Source: Leptospiria bacterium (GTDB lineage: Bacteria > Spirochaetota > Leptospiria > Turneriellales > CBDBES01). Taken from it: a stretch of DNA of 64,000 bases. The notes below the pieces were generated by a model. The model worked only from the letters and a program-made list of their open reading frames with translations, made no database searches and had not been told where the DNA came from. This document shows, piece by piece, positions 1 to 8,756 of this stretch (positions are counted from its first letter, which is position 1; every line of letters begins with the position of its first letter). Position numbers and translations under genes: made by a program. Location of the stretch: NCBI GenBank assembly GCA_965262015.1, contig OZ253494.1:1786720-1850719 (forward strand), in the 5' to 3' direction.

Positions 1-232
1 CTAAATGACCCTGTTGTATAAATAGCTCACTGGCAAAATTGCCTACAAAAATTTCGATACGGTTATTTTTCTTGAGCCGATTGATCTCATCATAATCAAT
101 ACCTGTTTGCTCTAACGTTGATTCAACTATTGTTTTAAATAAGTCATGAATATTTTTCCCATTGTCTGAATAGGATTCGAGAAAGTCTGTCTGACTACCC
201 CCTATGATAAATACGTCCTTTGTTGTACTCAT
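1..232 (-). CDS. thiolase-fold (SCP-x / acetyl-CoA acetyltransferase-like) protein, N-terminal 77 aa only; rest of the gene runs off the left edge
   Basis: Not in the ORF track because there is no stop in the window. The reverse-strand ATG at 232-230 opens MSTTKDVFIIGGSQTDFLESYSDNGKNIHDLFKTIVESTLEQTGIDYDEINRLKKNNRIEIFVGNFASELFIQQGHL, a typical thiolase N-terminus (IxGxxQTxF ... FVGNF). Confidence 0.55.
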   Translation of the reverse strand, partial: MSTTKDVFIIGGSQTDFLESYSDNGKNIHDLFKTIVESTLEQTGIDYDEINRLKKNNRIEIFVGNFASELFIQQGHL

Positions 233-380
233 TTGAAAACCTCTCAAGTTTAAGAATATAAGGCAGTTACCATTACCACAGTAAATTATGGCACCACTCT
301 CTTATGCGTATATAATTTACAATGTTTAGCAAGTGGTCAAGTCTTTTACTTATAGTCCCAAGTAAGTATATTTGCCAAAT

Positions 381-589
381 CAAGTTCAGCTCTGAACAGT
401 TTAAGGCGTTCATAAGCCGTTTTTCTTGAAGATATTAAAAAGCGAAGAGAGTAACCAATGAAAACTCCTTTTACCATTGCCAAAAAACAGATCAAGAATG
501 GCTAACCCTGTTTACATTGTCCATAGATAATGCTGGCGGTACCAAGATTTCACAATTCTTCTGTGTTGCGTTGTGGCTGTGATAAGCCA
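381..589 (+). mobile_element. IS30-derived, internally deleted (MITE-like) element, copy 1
   Basis: The 5' part (cagtttaaggcgttcataagccg...aagagag..ATGAAAA) matches the sequence preceding the IS30-like HTH ORF at 12470-12530. The 3' part (ggctaaccctgtttacattgtccatagataatgctg) matches the IS30 3' remnant at 13085-13125. The same element recurs at 21270, 37068 and 37959. Confidence 0.4.
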
Positions 590-730
590 TTGAAAGAATA
601 CCATTTAAAATAGCAACGCCAGAAAAGGCAATAAATCCAGCTAATGCCGGAATACTAAAAGGTAACCTCACTAAGAAGTAGACCTGCAACTCCGCCCGCT
701 AAAGCAGAATAGACTTTCCAAATACATAAT
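590..730 (-). pseudogene. RND efflux transporter (CzcA/AcrB-type) C-terminal fragment, frameshifted
   Basis: Reverse-strand frames read ALAGGVAGLLL, then after a frameshift RLPFSIPALAGFIAFSGVAILNGIL. This is the conserved TM region of RND pumps (PLALIGGV..LRG.P.SISA.VGFIAL.GVAVLNG). It has no N-terminal 900+ aa and is interrupted by the IS30-derived element. Confidence 0.55.
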
Positions 731-811
731 ATTCTTCTGATAATTTGTTAGCAAAATGAATATTTAATTACTGAAAAAAAAGAACCTGAAAAGATAATAA
801 ATAAAAAACAA

Positions 812-841
812 TTGACATTTTATTCATTAAGAAGATATTCT
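812..841 (+). promoter_or_regulatory. sigma-70-like promoter of NHL paralog 1
   Basis: Perfect TTGACA at 812-817, an 18-nt spacer, then TATTCT at 836-841. The same block is conserved at 19600-19629 and 21798-21827. Confidence 0.4.
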
Positions 842-858
842 ATGCCAACGAGAACTTC

Positions 859-2418
859 ATGTCTCAATGCATCATACATTGGTGCAGTAAAGAGAGGTAC
901 CAAAATGATAAACAAGCAACAAGCAACAAGCAACAAGCAACAAGCAACAAGCAACAAGCAACAAGCAACAAGCAACAAGCAACCTATAAGTTTTCCCCTA
1001 AATTTTTAGAACGAATTGTTGATCAAGGTCAACATTCTTTCCATGTATTCAAAAGATACTTCTCGATCGGCGTATTTGCCGTATTGGTGGTAAGCACCGT
1101 CCAATGTGGTGGTGCCTCTGCCGACGCTACTACCCCTTCTGGTGGTGGTTCTGGACAGTTTGATCCTATTTGTACGAATGGTGTTGAATCAACAGAAAAG
1201 GTTTCAACCGCTAACACAGAAAAATGTGTTTCTTGCAATACTGGTTTTGAGAAAAATGGTGAACTTTGCGGAGGGTTTAATTTTATTTGTCCCAAAGGTG
1301 TGCCATTAACAGGTAAAGCTCCTGGGAAGAATATGGTAATGTGTACTTCTTGCGATAGTTATTATGCCTTAAAAAATATTGATAAAACCTGTGCCGAGGT
1401 TCAGGTTATAACGTTGGCGGGTGGTAACAAGGGGGGAGGCATGCCATGTACTCCATCTTCCTCCAGCTGTATGGATGGCATAGGTACTGCAGCACAATTT
1501 AATAATCCTGCTGGAATAGCGGTTGATAGTTCAGACAATATAATATATGTAGTAGATCGTCAGAATCATCGTATCCGAAAAATAACGCTTGCTAGTGGTA
1601 TAGGTACAGTTAGCTCATTCGCAGGTACTGGTACTTCTGGCAGTATGAATGACATGACTGGGATGCCTGGATCAGCACGATTCTGGCAGCCTGAAGGTTT
1701 AGCGGTTGATAGTTCAGGGATTGTATACGTGGCAGGTACAATCAGTAGTCTTATCCGTAAAATAACACCCCCTCCTAGTGCTACGGGCATGGGTACGGTT
1801 ACAACATTTGCAGGTGGCGGGAATCCAGCAGAATTTGTTAATCCTAATGGAGTAGCGGTTGATAGTTTAGGGATTGTATATGTGGCGGATACTGGGAACA
1901 ATCGTATCCGCAAGATAACACTTGATTATAGTGCTACGGGTATGGTTACGGTTACGGTTACAACATTTGCAGGTGGTAACAAGGGTGGAGGCATAGCATG
2001 TACTCCACCTTCCTCCAACTGTATGGATGGCATGGGTACTTCAGCACAATTTAATATTCCTGTTAGTGTAGCAGTTGATGGTTCAGGCAATGTATACGTG
2101 GCAGATCGTGGGAATCATCGTATCCGCAAAATAACGCCTGGTCGTGTGGTTACAACATTTGCAGGTGGCGGGAATCCAGCAGAATTTGATGCTCCTAATG
2201 GAGTAGCGGTTGATAGTAAAGGGTTTGTATACGTAGCAGATACGGGGAACCATCGTATCCGAAAAATAACGCCTGATGGTGTGGTTACGACATTGGCGGG
2301 TGGCAGGAATCCAGTACAATTTCACTTGCCTGAAGATGTAGCGGTTGATAAGTTAGGCAATGTATATGTGGCAGATACACAGAACGATCGTATCCGCAAG
2401 ATAGCCATACCACAATAA
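859..2418 (+). CDS. NHL-repeat six-bladed beta-propeller protein, lipoprotein-like (paralog 1); currently in frame through the heptanucleotide tract
   Basis: 519-aa ORF. The leader (NKQQATS)n-YKFSPKFLERIVDQGQHSFHVFK is followed by a hydrophobic segment ending VQC-GG. Then come Cys4 modules (DPICTNG..TEKCVSCN..GELC) and six blades of consensus GVAVDSxGNVYVADxxNHRIRKIT. C-terminus is IPQ. Confidence 0.85.
   Translation: MSQCIIHWCSKERYQNDKQATSNKQQATSNKQQATSNKQQATYKFSPKFLERIVDQGQHSFHVFKRYFSIGVFAVLVVSTVQCGGASADATTPSGGGSGQFDPICTNGVESTEKVSTANTEKCVSCNTGFEKNGELCGGFNFICPKGVPLTGKAPGKNMVMCTSCDSYYALKNIDKTCAEVQVITLAGGNKGGGMPCTPSSSSCMDGIGTAAQFNNPAGIAVDSSDNIIYVVDRQNHRIRKITLASGIGTVSSFAGTGTSGSMNDMTGMPGSARFWQPEGLAVDSSGIVYVAGTISSLIRKITPPPSATGMGTVTTFAGGGNPAEFVNPNGVAVDSLGIVYVADTGNNRIRKITLDYSATGMVTVTVTTFAGGNKGGGIACTPPSSNCMDGMGTSAQFNIPVSVAVDGSGNVYVADRGNHRIRKITPGRVVTTFAGGGNPAEFDAPNGVAVDSKGFVYVADTGNHRIRKITPDGVVTTLAGGRNPVQFHLPEDVAVDKLGNVYVADTQNDRIRKIAIPQ
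911..983 (+). repeat. heptanucleotide SSR (AACAAGC) x10 plus AAC
   Basis: Counted directly: ten perfect 7-nt units at 911-980, then AAC. Confidence 0.95.
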
Positions 2419-2441
2419 TCCTAATCTTGTATATTATTTTA

Positions 2442-2481
2442 CCCATCCCACGTTGGGGTGGGGATTTAGTTTTCTTTTTTT
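2442..2481 (+). terminator. Rho-independent terminator of NHL paralog 1
   Basis: CCCATCCCA-cgt-TGGGGTGGG forms a 9-bp stem with one G:U pair, followed by gatttagttttcttttttt. The same hairpin follows the other NHL genes. Confidence 0.7.
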
Positions 2482-2619
2482 AGCTGTTTTTTGATTATCA
2501 CCATGTTTCATATAAAATTAGTTTTTCTAATTTTATATTGCAGTTATAGACTTCTTATACGAGGCGATTAATCTCTTACCACCATTTTTTCTATGAAGTC
2601 TTGGTAAATTTGAAAGCAT

Positions 2620-2693
2620 AAGTTCCATTTTTAGACAGTTTAAGGCGTTCACAAGCCGTTTTTCTTTAAGATATTAAAAGCGAAGAGAGTAGT
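2620..2693 (+). mobile_element. IS30-derived element, 5' end only (truncated copy)
   Basis: aagttccatttttagacagtttaaggcgttcacaagccgtttttctttaagatattaaaagcgaagagag matches the 5' ends of the copies at 381 and 21270. It is cut off at the stop of the neighbouring minus-strand ORF. Confidence 0.4.
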
Positions 2694-2921
2694 TTATAGG
2701 AGCTTCATAAACCTAGATTCGTCGATGGGGTAACCTAACTCATTAGCAGTTTCAATATAAAAACGAATTACTTTTTTTATGCGTTGTCTGGCCTGTTGTT
2801 CATCTTTACCATAACAAAATATCTCTAATTCGGGACAGCTTGCCACATACTCATTTTCTTTTTTTGATATAACACTAATACTAGGTATATTTTTTACGTC
2901 TTTAATTTTACGGGCATCCAC
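2694..2921 (-). CDS. HicB-like (UPF0150) antitoxin-fold small protein, orphan
   Basis: 75 aa. The core ISVISKKENEYVASCPELEIFCYGKDEQQARQRIKKVIRFYIE fits the HicB N-terminal pattern (..Y.A.vPel.g....G.t.eeA...i.eai....e). No hicA partner is present. Confidence 0.4.
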   Translation of the reverse strand: MDARKIKDVKNIPSISVISKKENEYVASCPELEIFCYGKDEQQARQRIKKVIRFYIETANELGYPIDESRFMKLL

Positions 2922-2965
2922 ACGAAAACCATCGGATTAAATATTGATATTATAAAAACAAAAAT

Positions 2966-4207
2966 TTATATAGTATGAAAGACTTGATCTAAAATTGTAA
3001 AAGTAGCATCAATAGTAGTTTTTCTAACATTAAGTGGTGGCAGTAAGCGTACAATATTATTTCCAGCACATCCAATCACAAGACGTTTTTCTAGACAAGC
3101 CATCATTATGTCTTTAGATGAATATTCCTCTGATACTTCAATCCCCAGTAAAAATCCTAATCCACGTACATCTTTTATTTTATTGGGGTATTGTTTTTTT
3201 AGATCGTTAATTTTATTTATCATATATTTAGAAAGGGTTGTAACATGCTGAAGTATATTCATTGACTCTATTGTTCTTAACACCTCGTACCCAACAGCCA
3301 TAGCCAAATGATTACCACCAAACGTTGTACCATGCATGCCAGGCTTTAACACATTATGGTATTGTTCAGATACGATCATAGCACCAATTGGAAAACCTCC
3401 TCCTAAACCTTTGGCCAGAGTAAGCACATCGGGTACAATACCATAATGCTCGTAGGCAAAATATGCACCAGAACGTCCTATCCCAGTTTGCACTTCGTCA
3501 ATAACCATGATAGCATTATAATCTTGACATAAATGACGCACAGTTTCTACAAACTCTTTAGTTAGCTGAATAACACCTCCCTCACCTAGAATGGGCTCAA
3601 TAATAATACCTGCGACTTCATTATCCATACAGGCAACCAATGAGTCAATGTCATTAGCATGGATAAATTCTATGCCTGTAATTAAATTACCAAATCCTTT
3701 TCGTATTTTTTCCTGACCTGTCAGTGAAGCACTACCTAGGGTTCTACCATGAAAACTCTCTTGTAGAGAAATGATTTTGGGTTTATGGTTTGAAGCACCC
3801 CATGCCTTAACAAGTTTGAATCCTGCTTCATTAGCTTCTGTTCCTGTGTTACAGAAAAAAACCTTTCCCGGAAAGGAAAGTTCAACTAAAGCTCTAGCCA
3901 GTATAGACTGCCCTTGATTATAAAATAAATTAGAAGTATGCCATAACATCTCTGCTTGTCTAGTTAAAGCATACAATAGATCTGGGTTAGCATGTCCTAC
4001 CGAAGTTACTGCAATGCCTGATAAAAAATCAATGTATTGCTTTTCTTCAGTATCATATAAATATTCACCTGAACCATATTTAAAGGCTACCGGCAACCTA
4101 TCATATAAATTAAGAAGATAATTGTCATTGAGATGTTTTATTTCATCAAAATCCAGAAAGGTTGTTGGATCGTATGAGATGACTTTTGTTTTAGGAGTAT
4201 TTTTCAC
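2966..4207 (-). CDS. argD: acetylornithine aminotransferase (class III PLP aminotransferase)
   Basis: 413 aa. Motifs read: GIAVTSVGHANP, FFCNTGTEANE, DEVQTGIGRSG and LTLAKGLGGGFPIGAM (PLP-Lys region). Confidence 0.75.
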   Translation of the reverse strand: MKNTPKTKVISYDPTTFLDFDEIKHLNDNYLLNLYDRLPVAFKYGSGEYLYDTEEKQYIDFLSGIAVTSVGHANPDLLYALTRQAEMLWHTSNLFYNQGQSILARALVELSFPGKVFFCNTGTEANEAGFKLVKAWGASNHKPKIISLQESFHGRTLGSASLTGQEKIRKGFGNLITGIEFIHANDIDSLVACMDNEVAGIIIEPILGEGGVIQLTKEFVETVRHLCQDYNAIMVIDEVQTGIGRSGAYFAYEHYGIVPDVLTLAKGLGGGFPIGAMIVSEQYHNVLKPGMHGTTFGGNHLAMAVGYEVLRTIESMNILQHVTTLSKYMINKINDLKKQYPNKIKDVRGLGFLLGIEVSEEYSSKDIMMACLEKRLVIGCAGNNIVRLLPPLNVRKTTIDATFTILDQVFHTI

Positions 4208-4530
4208 AATTACAAGAGGTATAACAAATCATTTACGATGTTATGAGTTTAGTCTATATCACAATGGCCTTATCAGTTTTACTGAACATGTTTATATAGG
4301 TATGATATCTATGTGTCAATATCTTTTAATATAGAGATATAAAAAAATAATTCTACGATTTTACTTTGCTCTATTCCTCTGTCTCTTACATAGGTGAAGA
4401 GGGTAAAAATTGTATATAGCTAAAAAAAGTAACTAAATAGGTATTTTACTTGTTTTCCTGTGGGTTAAAACGAGTGTATCTTTTTGTTATTAATAGTTTT
4501 GAGGCAGAAAAGGGGGATTTTACTTAACCT

Positions 4531-5298
4531 ATGGAGATACTAGTTCTAATCAAGCAGGTGCCAGACACAGAGGCAAATATTACGATTCAGGAAAAAGATA
4601 TTAACGAAAACGGGATCAAATGGATTATAGCTCCCTATGATGAAATTGCTTTGGAAGAGGCTGTGCGTCTCAAAGAAAAACATGGAGATGTTCATATAAC
4701 GGTATTATCCGTAGGTCCAGAAAGGGTGGTTAGTAGTTTAAGGTCTGCCTATGCCATGGGAGCCGACTCTGCGGTATTAATAAAAACAGAAGAATATAAC
4801 ATGCTGGACTCAAGTGTTATTGCCGAAGCTATTTTAAAATCTATTGAAGGTAAACAGTATGATCTAATACTTGCAGGCAGACAGGCCACTGATTCGGATA
4901 ATGGCCAAGTACCTATTATTTTAGCAACATATATGGATTGTGCCATTGCAACTTTTGCTAATGCGATAGAGATCTCAGATCAAACAGCTAAAATAACTTG
5001 TGAAGTAGAGGGGGGCGAAGCCATATTTGAAGCAAATTTACCTCTAATCATGACAGCAAACGACAGACTAAACGAGCCTCGTTATCCATCTTTGAAGGGT
5101 ATTATGTCATCCAAAAAAAAGCCAATTGATACAAAAGAGTTATCTAGTCTAGGTATTTCTACTAATGCAGCCATTATAGTAAATGCTTATGTCGCTCCCC
5201 CAGATAGACCAGCAGGTAAGATTTTGGATAATGAGGATCCTGCAGGTAAGGTCAAAGATTTAGTGCATTCATTACATAATGAATTAAAAGTTATTTAA
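4531..5298 (+). CDS. etfB: electron transfer flavoprotein, beta subunit
   Basis: 255 aa. Starts MEILVLIKQVPDTE and continues ..NPYDEIALEEAVRLKE..LILAGRQATDSDNGQV. RBS aaggggga lies upstream. Confidence 0.9.
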   Translation: MEILVLIKQVPDTEANITIQEKDINENGIKWIIAPYDEIALEEAVRLKEKHGDVHITVLSVGPERVVSSLRSAYAMGADSAVLIKTEEYNMLDSSVIAEAILKSIEGKQYDLILAGRQATDSDNGQVPIILATYMDCAIATFANAIEISDQTAKITCEVEGGEAIFEANLPLIMTANDRLNEPRYPSLKGIMSSKKKPIDTKELSSLGISTNAAIIVNAYVAPPDRPAGKILDNEDPAGKVKDLVHSLHNELKVI

Positions 5299-5312
5299 GG
5301 TAGGTACAACAT

Positions 5313-6272
5313 ATGGCTAATATACTAACTATCGCTGAGGCGAAAAAAGATGGTTTAAAAAAGTGTTCATTCGAAGTGGTTTCTGTGGCAAAAATGCTTC
5401 AAACAGATAAAATTCATACAGTTTTAATTGGTGAAGAAGCCATTCTAAAAAAAGCTGATGAGTTAGGCAAATATGGTTCTGACGTTATTCATGTTTGTGA
5501 TACAAAAGAATTTTTGCCGATGACTTTTGCCAAGGCCATCGCTAAAATTATTGAAGAGAATGATATTCATATTGTTTTATTGTCTCATACTACATTGGGT
5601 AAAGAGATTGGTGCTCGTTTGAGTGCCTTACTTAAAGCAGGTATGATTTGCGAGGCCATCAAGATAGAGATGAGCTCTAATGGTAAAGTAGAATGTACTA
5701 AACCAGTCCATGCGGGCAAAGCTTATACCACCTTGAGTGTAGCAACAGATAGACAAATTATCAGTATTCGACAAAACTCCTATCCTCTCAAAGAATCTTC
5801 TGGTGATGGTAAAGTGCAAAGCTTTGACCTAGGTGAAATATCTGACAAAGTTACATTACTCTCTTTTTCTGAAAAAACAAGCGAGAGAGTCGCATTAACT
5901 GAAGCAGATATTATTGTTTCTGGTGGTCGTGGACTGAAAGAGGCAAGTAATTATAAGTTAGTTGAAGAAATAGCAGACTTATTAGGTGCGGGGACAGGTG
6001 CTACCAGAGCTATTGTCGATTCAGGATGGGTTGATCATACTTTACAAATTGGGCAGACAGGGCAGACAGTTTCACCTAATCTTTATATTGCATTAGGAAT
6101 TTCAGGTGCGATACAACATCTAGCGGGTATGGGTTCTTCTAAATATATTGTTGCTGTCAATAAAGATGCTGAAGCTCCTATTTTTAAAGTGGCTACACTA
6201 GGATTGGTTGATGATCTGTTTACCATTGTGCCACATCTTAAAACCGAGTTAGCCAAAGTAGTGGGACAGTAG
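5313..6272 (+). CDS. etfA: electron transfer flavoprotein, alpha subunit
   Basis: 319 aa. C-terminal FAD region reads VSGGRGLK...GATRAIVDSGW...QIGQTGQTVSPNLYIALGISGAIQHLAGM. Confidence 0.9.
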   Translation: MANILTIAEAKKDGLKKCSFEVVSVAKMLQTDKIHTVLIGEEAILKKADELGKYGSDVIHVCDTKEFLPMTFAKAIAKIIEENDIHIVLLSHTTLGKEIGARLSALLKAGMICEAIKIEMSSNGKVECTKPVHAGKAYTTLSVATDRQIISIRQNSYPLKESSGDGKVQSFDLGEISDKVTLLSFSEKTSERVALTEADIIVSGGRGLKEASNYKLVEEIADLLGAGTGATRAIVDSGWVDHTLQIGQTGQTVSPNLYIALGISGAIQHLAGMGSSKYIVAVNKDAEAPIFKVATLGLVDDLFTIVPHLKTELAKVVGQ

Positions 6273-6373
6273 CTCTTTATTATAAAATTGTTACAGTTTA
6301 CGTTAGTATTTGCATAAACTGTGGTAGTCGGGTGTCCTCATGATCATCCAGTAGAGCGGGAGGATATATTGTA

Positions 6374-7657
6374 GTGCAAAAACTAACCATTGGTATCTTT
6401 GGCTTTGGTACAGTTGGGCAGGCCCTGGTTGATATCATACGTAAAGAAAACTTACCCATAGAAATTGCGGGTGTTGTAGATAGAAGTCATCAGCATAAGA
6501 AAAAGCTACTTGCGGGTATACCGTCAAGCAACGACTTCAATTTTATTTTAAATAATACCGATGTCCAACTTGTTATAGAATTAATTGGTGGTGTTGATAC
6601 TGCATTATATATTGTGCGTGAAGCGTTAGATCGACGCAAGTTTGTCATTACTGCTAACAAAGCTTTGCTTGCGGAACATGGTTATTCTTTATTTACCAAG
6701 GCAAAAGAAAATAATACTGTTATTTTGTTTGAGGCAGCCATTTTAGGAGCTCTCCCTCTTGTAAAAAATCTACACAACTATTTTGCCTATGAACATATTC
6801 GTCATTTTCAAGGTATTTTTAATGGTACATGTAATTATATTTTAAGTTTGATGCGTATTAAAAAACAAACGTATGAAACAGCACTTAAAAAAGCACAAGA
6901 GTTAGGTTTTGCTGAGGCAGACTCTGCTTTAGACGTAGAGGGGAAGGATACAGCCCAGAAATTAGCCCTTACCACTAGTCTGATACAAAATCGATGGATT
7001 GAATGGTGCAATATACCTGTCATCGGCATAGAAGATATTACCCAGATTGACATAGAGTGGCTAGATGAAATGCAGTTACGTGTTCGTTTAATCGCTACTT
7101 ATTATAATCATGGTTCTCAGACAGAATTACATGTGCAACCCACTGTATTGTCTAAAGAACATAAACTATGGGATATTGAAAATGAAGACAATGCTATTTT
7201 AATAGAGGCAAAATATTCTAATTTCCATGTATTTATTGGCAAGGGTGCTGGTGCGTACCCAACTGCCTATGCTGTGATATCTGACCTACATAGCATTATG
7301 GTAAATGACTTATATTCTCAGAAGCTGGGTTATGCTAACTGGCCTTATATGAATGATATGGTTGGAAAAGAATTAGAGACACCTTTTTATGTTCGTACCA
7401 TTGTAGATAATAGTCCTGGTGTCTTGTCTCTTGTATCAGGTATTTTAGGTCAACATGGGGTATCTATTGATCTAGTTGAGCAAAAATGTATAAATGAGTC
7501 TACCAATTCTATATGTGTTTTTTTGGTAACGCATCCATGTAAATTGTCATCCATTAAAAAGGTGGTGGGTGATCTGGGTAAACTTTCTCCAGTGCAAGAC
7601 CATGTAATTTATCTATTAGTAGATAAACCATCAGAACAGAATGTTAATCTAACATAG
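6374..7657 (+). CDS. hom: homoserine dehydrogenase with C-terminal ACT-like domain
   Basis: 427 aa with a GTG start. Motifs: GIFGFGTVGQ (NAD site), ITANKALLA, GIFNGTCNYIL, and a C-terminal FYVR..DNSPGVLS regulatory domain. Confidence 0.85.
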   Translation: MQKLTIGIFGFGTVGQALVDIIRKENLPIEIAGVVDRSHQHKKKLLAGIPSSNDFNFILNNTDVQLVIELIGGVDTALYIVREALDRRKFVITANKALLAEHGYSLFTKAKENNTVILFEAAILGALPLVKNLHNYFAYEHIRHFQGIFNGTCNYILSLMRIKKQTYETALKKAQELGFAEADSALDVEGKDTAQKLALTTSLIQNRWIEWCNIPVIGIEDITQIDIEWLDEMQLRVRLIATYYNHGSQTELHVQPTVLSKEHKLWDIENEDNAILIEAKYSNFHVFIGKGAGAYPTAYAVISDLHSIMVNDLYSQKLGYANWPYMNDMVGKELETPFYVRTIVDNSPGVLSLVSGILGQHGVSIDLVEQKCINESTNSICVFLVTHPCKLSSIKKVVGDLGKLSPVQDHVIYLLVDKPSEQNVNLT

Positions 7658-7668
7658 TTGAGCTTGTT

Positions 7669-8355
7669 ATGTTGCAGAGTCGCAAAGATCTGGTTCATTT
7701 TATTTTAGTTGGTTTTTTCATTGCGAATGCCATTTTAGCAGAGCTTGTGGGTGGTAAGGTATTCGTTCTTGGTGGCTTATCATTTGGATGGATAGAATTA
7801 CCTGAGATTATACTCTCTGTGGGAGTTATCCTATGGCCTATCGTTTTCCTTACTACAGATATCCTTAATGAATATTTTGGTAAAGACGCAGTTAAGAGGC
7901 TTACATGGTTCACCGCAGGTTTAATATTGTATTGTTTTGCTATGTTATATATTATCCAGAGTGTACCTAGTTGGAAGAACTCTCCCATTTCTGCAGATGT
8001 TTTTGCTAAAGTATTTAGTCAATCCATGTGGATTATTGCTGGATCCTTAATTGCTTTTTTATTAAGTCAGCTAATTGATATAATGACATTTTTATTTTTG
8101 AAAAAAATAACACAGGGTACACACCTATGGCTGCGTGCAACAGGTAGCACAGTGGTTAGTCAATTGGTAGATACTTTTTGCGTAGGGTTTATTGGATTTG
8201 TTTTACCTGGCTCTTTGGATATTGATCAATATCTACGTGTATCTTTGGGTAATTACTTTTATAAGTTTATAATTGCTGTTTCTGTAACTCCTCTGATCTA
8301 TGTCATACATTTTATACTTGATAGATATATGTTAGACACTAAAGATTTAACGTAA
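7669..8355 (+). CDS. queuosine-precursor transporter (YhhQ/VUT family) membrane protein
   Basis: 228 aa and polytopic. The TTDILNEYFGK motif and overall layout match YhhQ/DUF165. queF lies 2 kb downstream. Confidence 0.65.
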   Translation: MLQSRKDLVHFILVGFFIANAILAELVGGKVFVLGGLSFGWIELPEIILSVGVILWPIVFLTTDILNEYFGKDAVKRLTWFTAGLILYCFAMLYIIQSVPSWKNSPISADVFAKVFSQSMWIIAGSLIAFLLSQLIDIMTFLFLKKITQGTHLWLRATGSTVVSQLVDTFCVGFIGFVLPGSLDIDQYLRVSLGNYFYKFIIAVSVTPLIYVIHFILDRYMLDTKDLT

Positions 8356-8439
8356 CTTATTTTATCATATTTGTATATATATATGGTTACAAACGAATCA
8401 GTGTCTTCTAAATTGAAGTGTCAAAACAAGCCCCAATTA

Positions 8440-8636
8440 AATGGTAAGATAGAAAGATTGCATTTAAATTTACGAAAAGAAGCAGATATGGCTTCTTAGT
8501 CAAATTTATTCACAGAGAAAATGCGAATTAAAATAGATGAATATCTCACGTGGTATAATACAAAAAGACCACATTTCTCTTTAAACTTTTGACGCCACAT
8601 GAGAAATTTTACGAATCTATGAAAGTGGTATAGGTG
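8440..8636 (+). pseudogene. DDE (rve-type) transposase C-terminal remnant
   Basis: Reads ..KIDEYLTWYNTKRPHFSLNF, then a stop/frameshift, then LTPHEKFYESMKVV*. This is the canonical YN..RPH..L...TP tail of IS3/IS481-type integrase-fold transposases. No upstream catalytic domain is present. Confidence 0.55.
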
Positions 8637-8756
8637 ATAACTGTAACATATCTCCATGGGTTCTACGCTTCATTGGAATAAAAATGTTGACAGAATCTCA
8701 TTGTTTTATTCCTTGAAGGCTATCCATATGAATATTTGGGCCCAAGGGGGGACACA

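Noticed and set aside
812-1009. 65-aa ORF starting at the TTG of the TTGACA box and reading the SSR. The antisense ORF at 21806-21991 (LLVACC repeats) is the same kind of call.
   Set aside because: The start coincides with the -35 box. The ORFs are simply the heptamer tract translated in a non-productive frame or strand.
1029-2325. Long antisense and alternative-frame ORFs inside NHL gene 1 (1029-1295, 1106-1309, 1566-1913, 2083-2325). Analogous ORFs occur throughout 14754-18255, 19809-20979, 22049-23383 and 37296-37634.
   Set aside because: They mirror the periodic, stop-poor NHL repeat sequence. They have no RBS or independent motifs, and they recur wherever the repeat recurs. They are by-products of repeat composition.
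6285-6320. 8-bp inverted repeat ACAGTTTA..TAAACTGT after etfA as a terminator.
   Set aside because: It has a 14-nt loop, an AT-only stem and no T-run. This is too weak to call.
7658-7668. preQ1 riboswitch upstream of the yhhQ-like gene or queF (10530).
   Set aside because: Both genes start within about 11 nt or less of the preceding stop codon. There is no room for a riboswitch aptamer, and no preQ1-like hairpin was seen.
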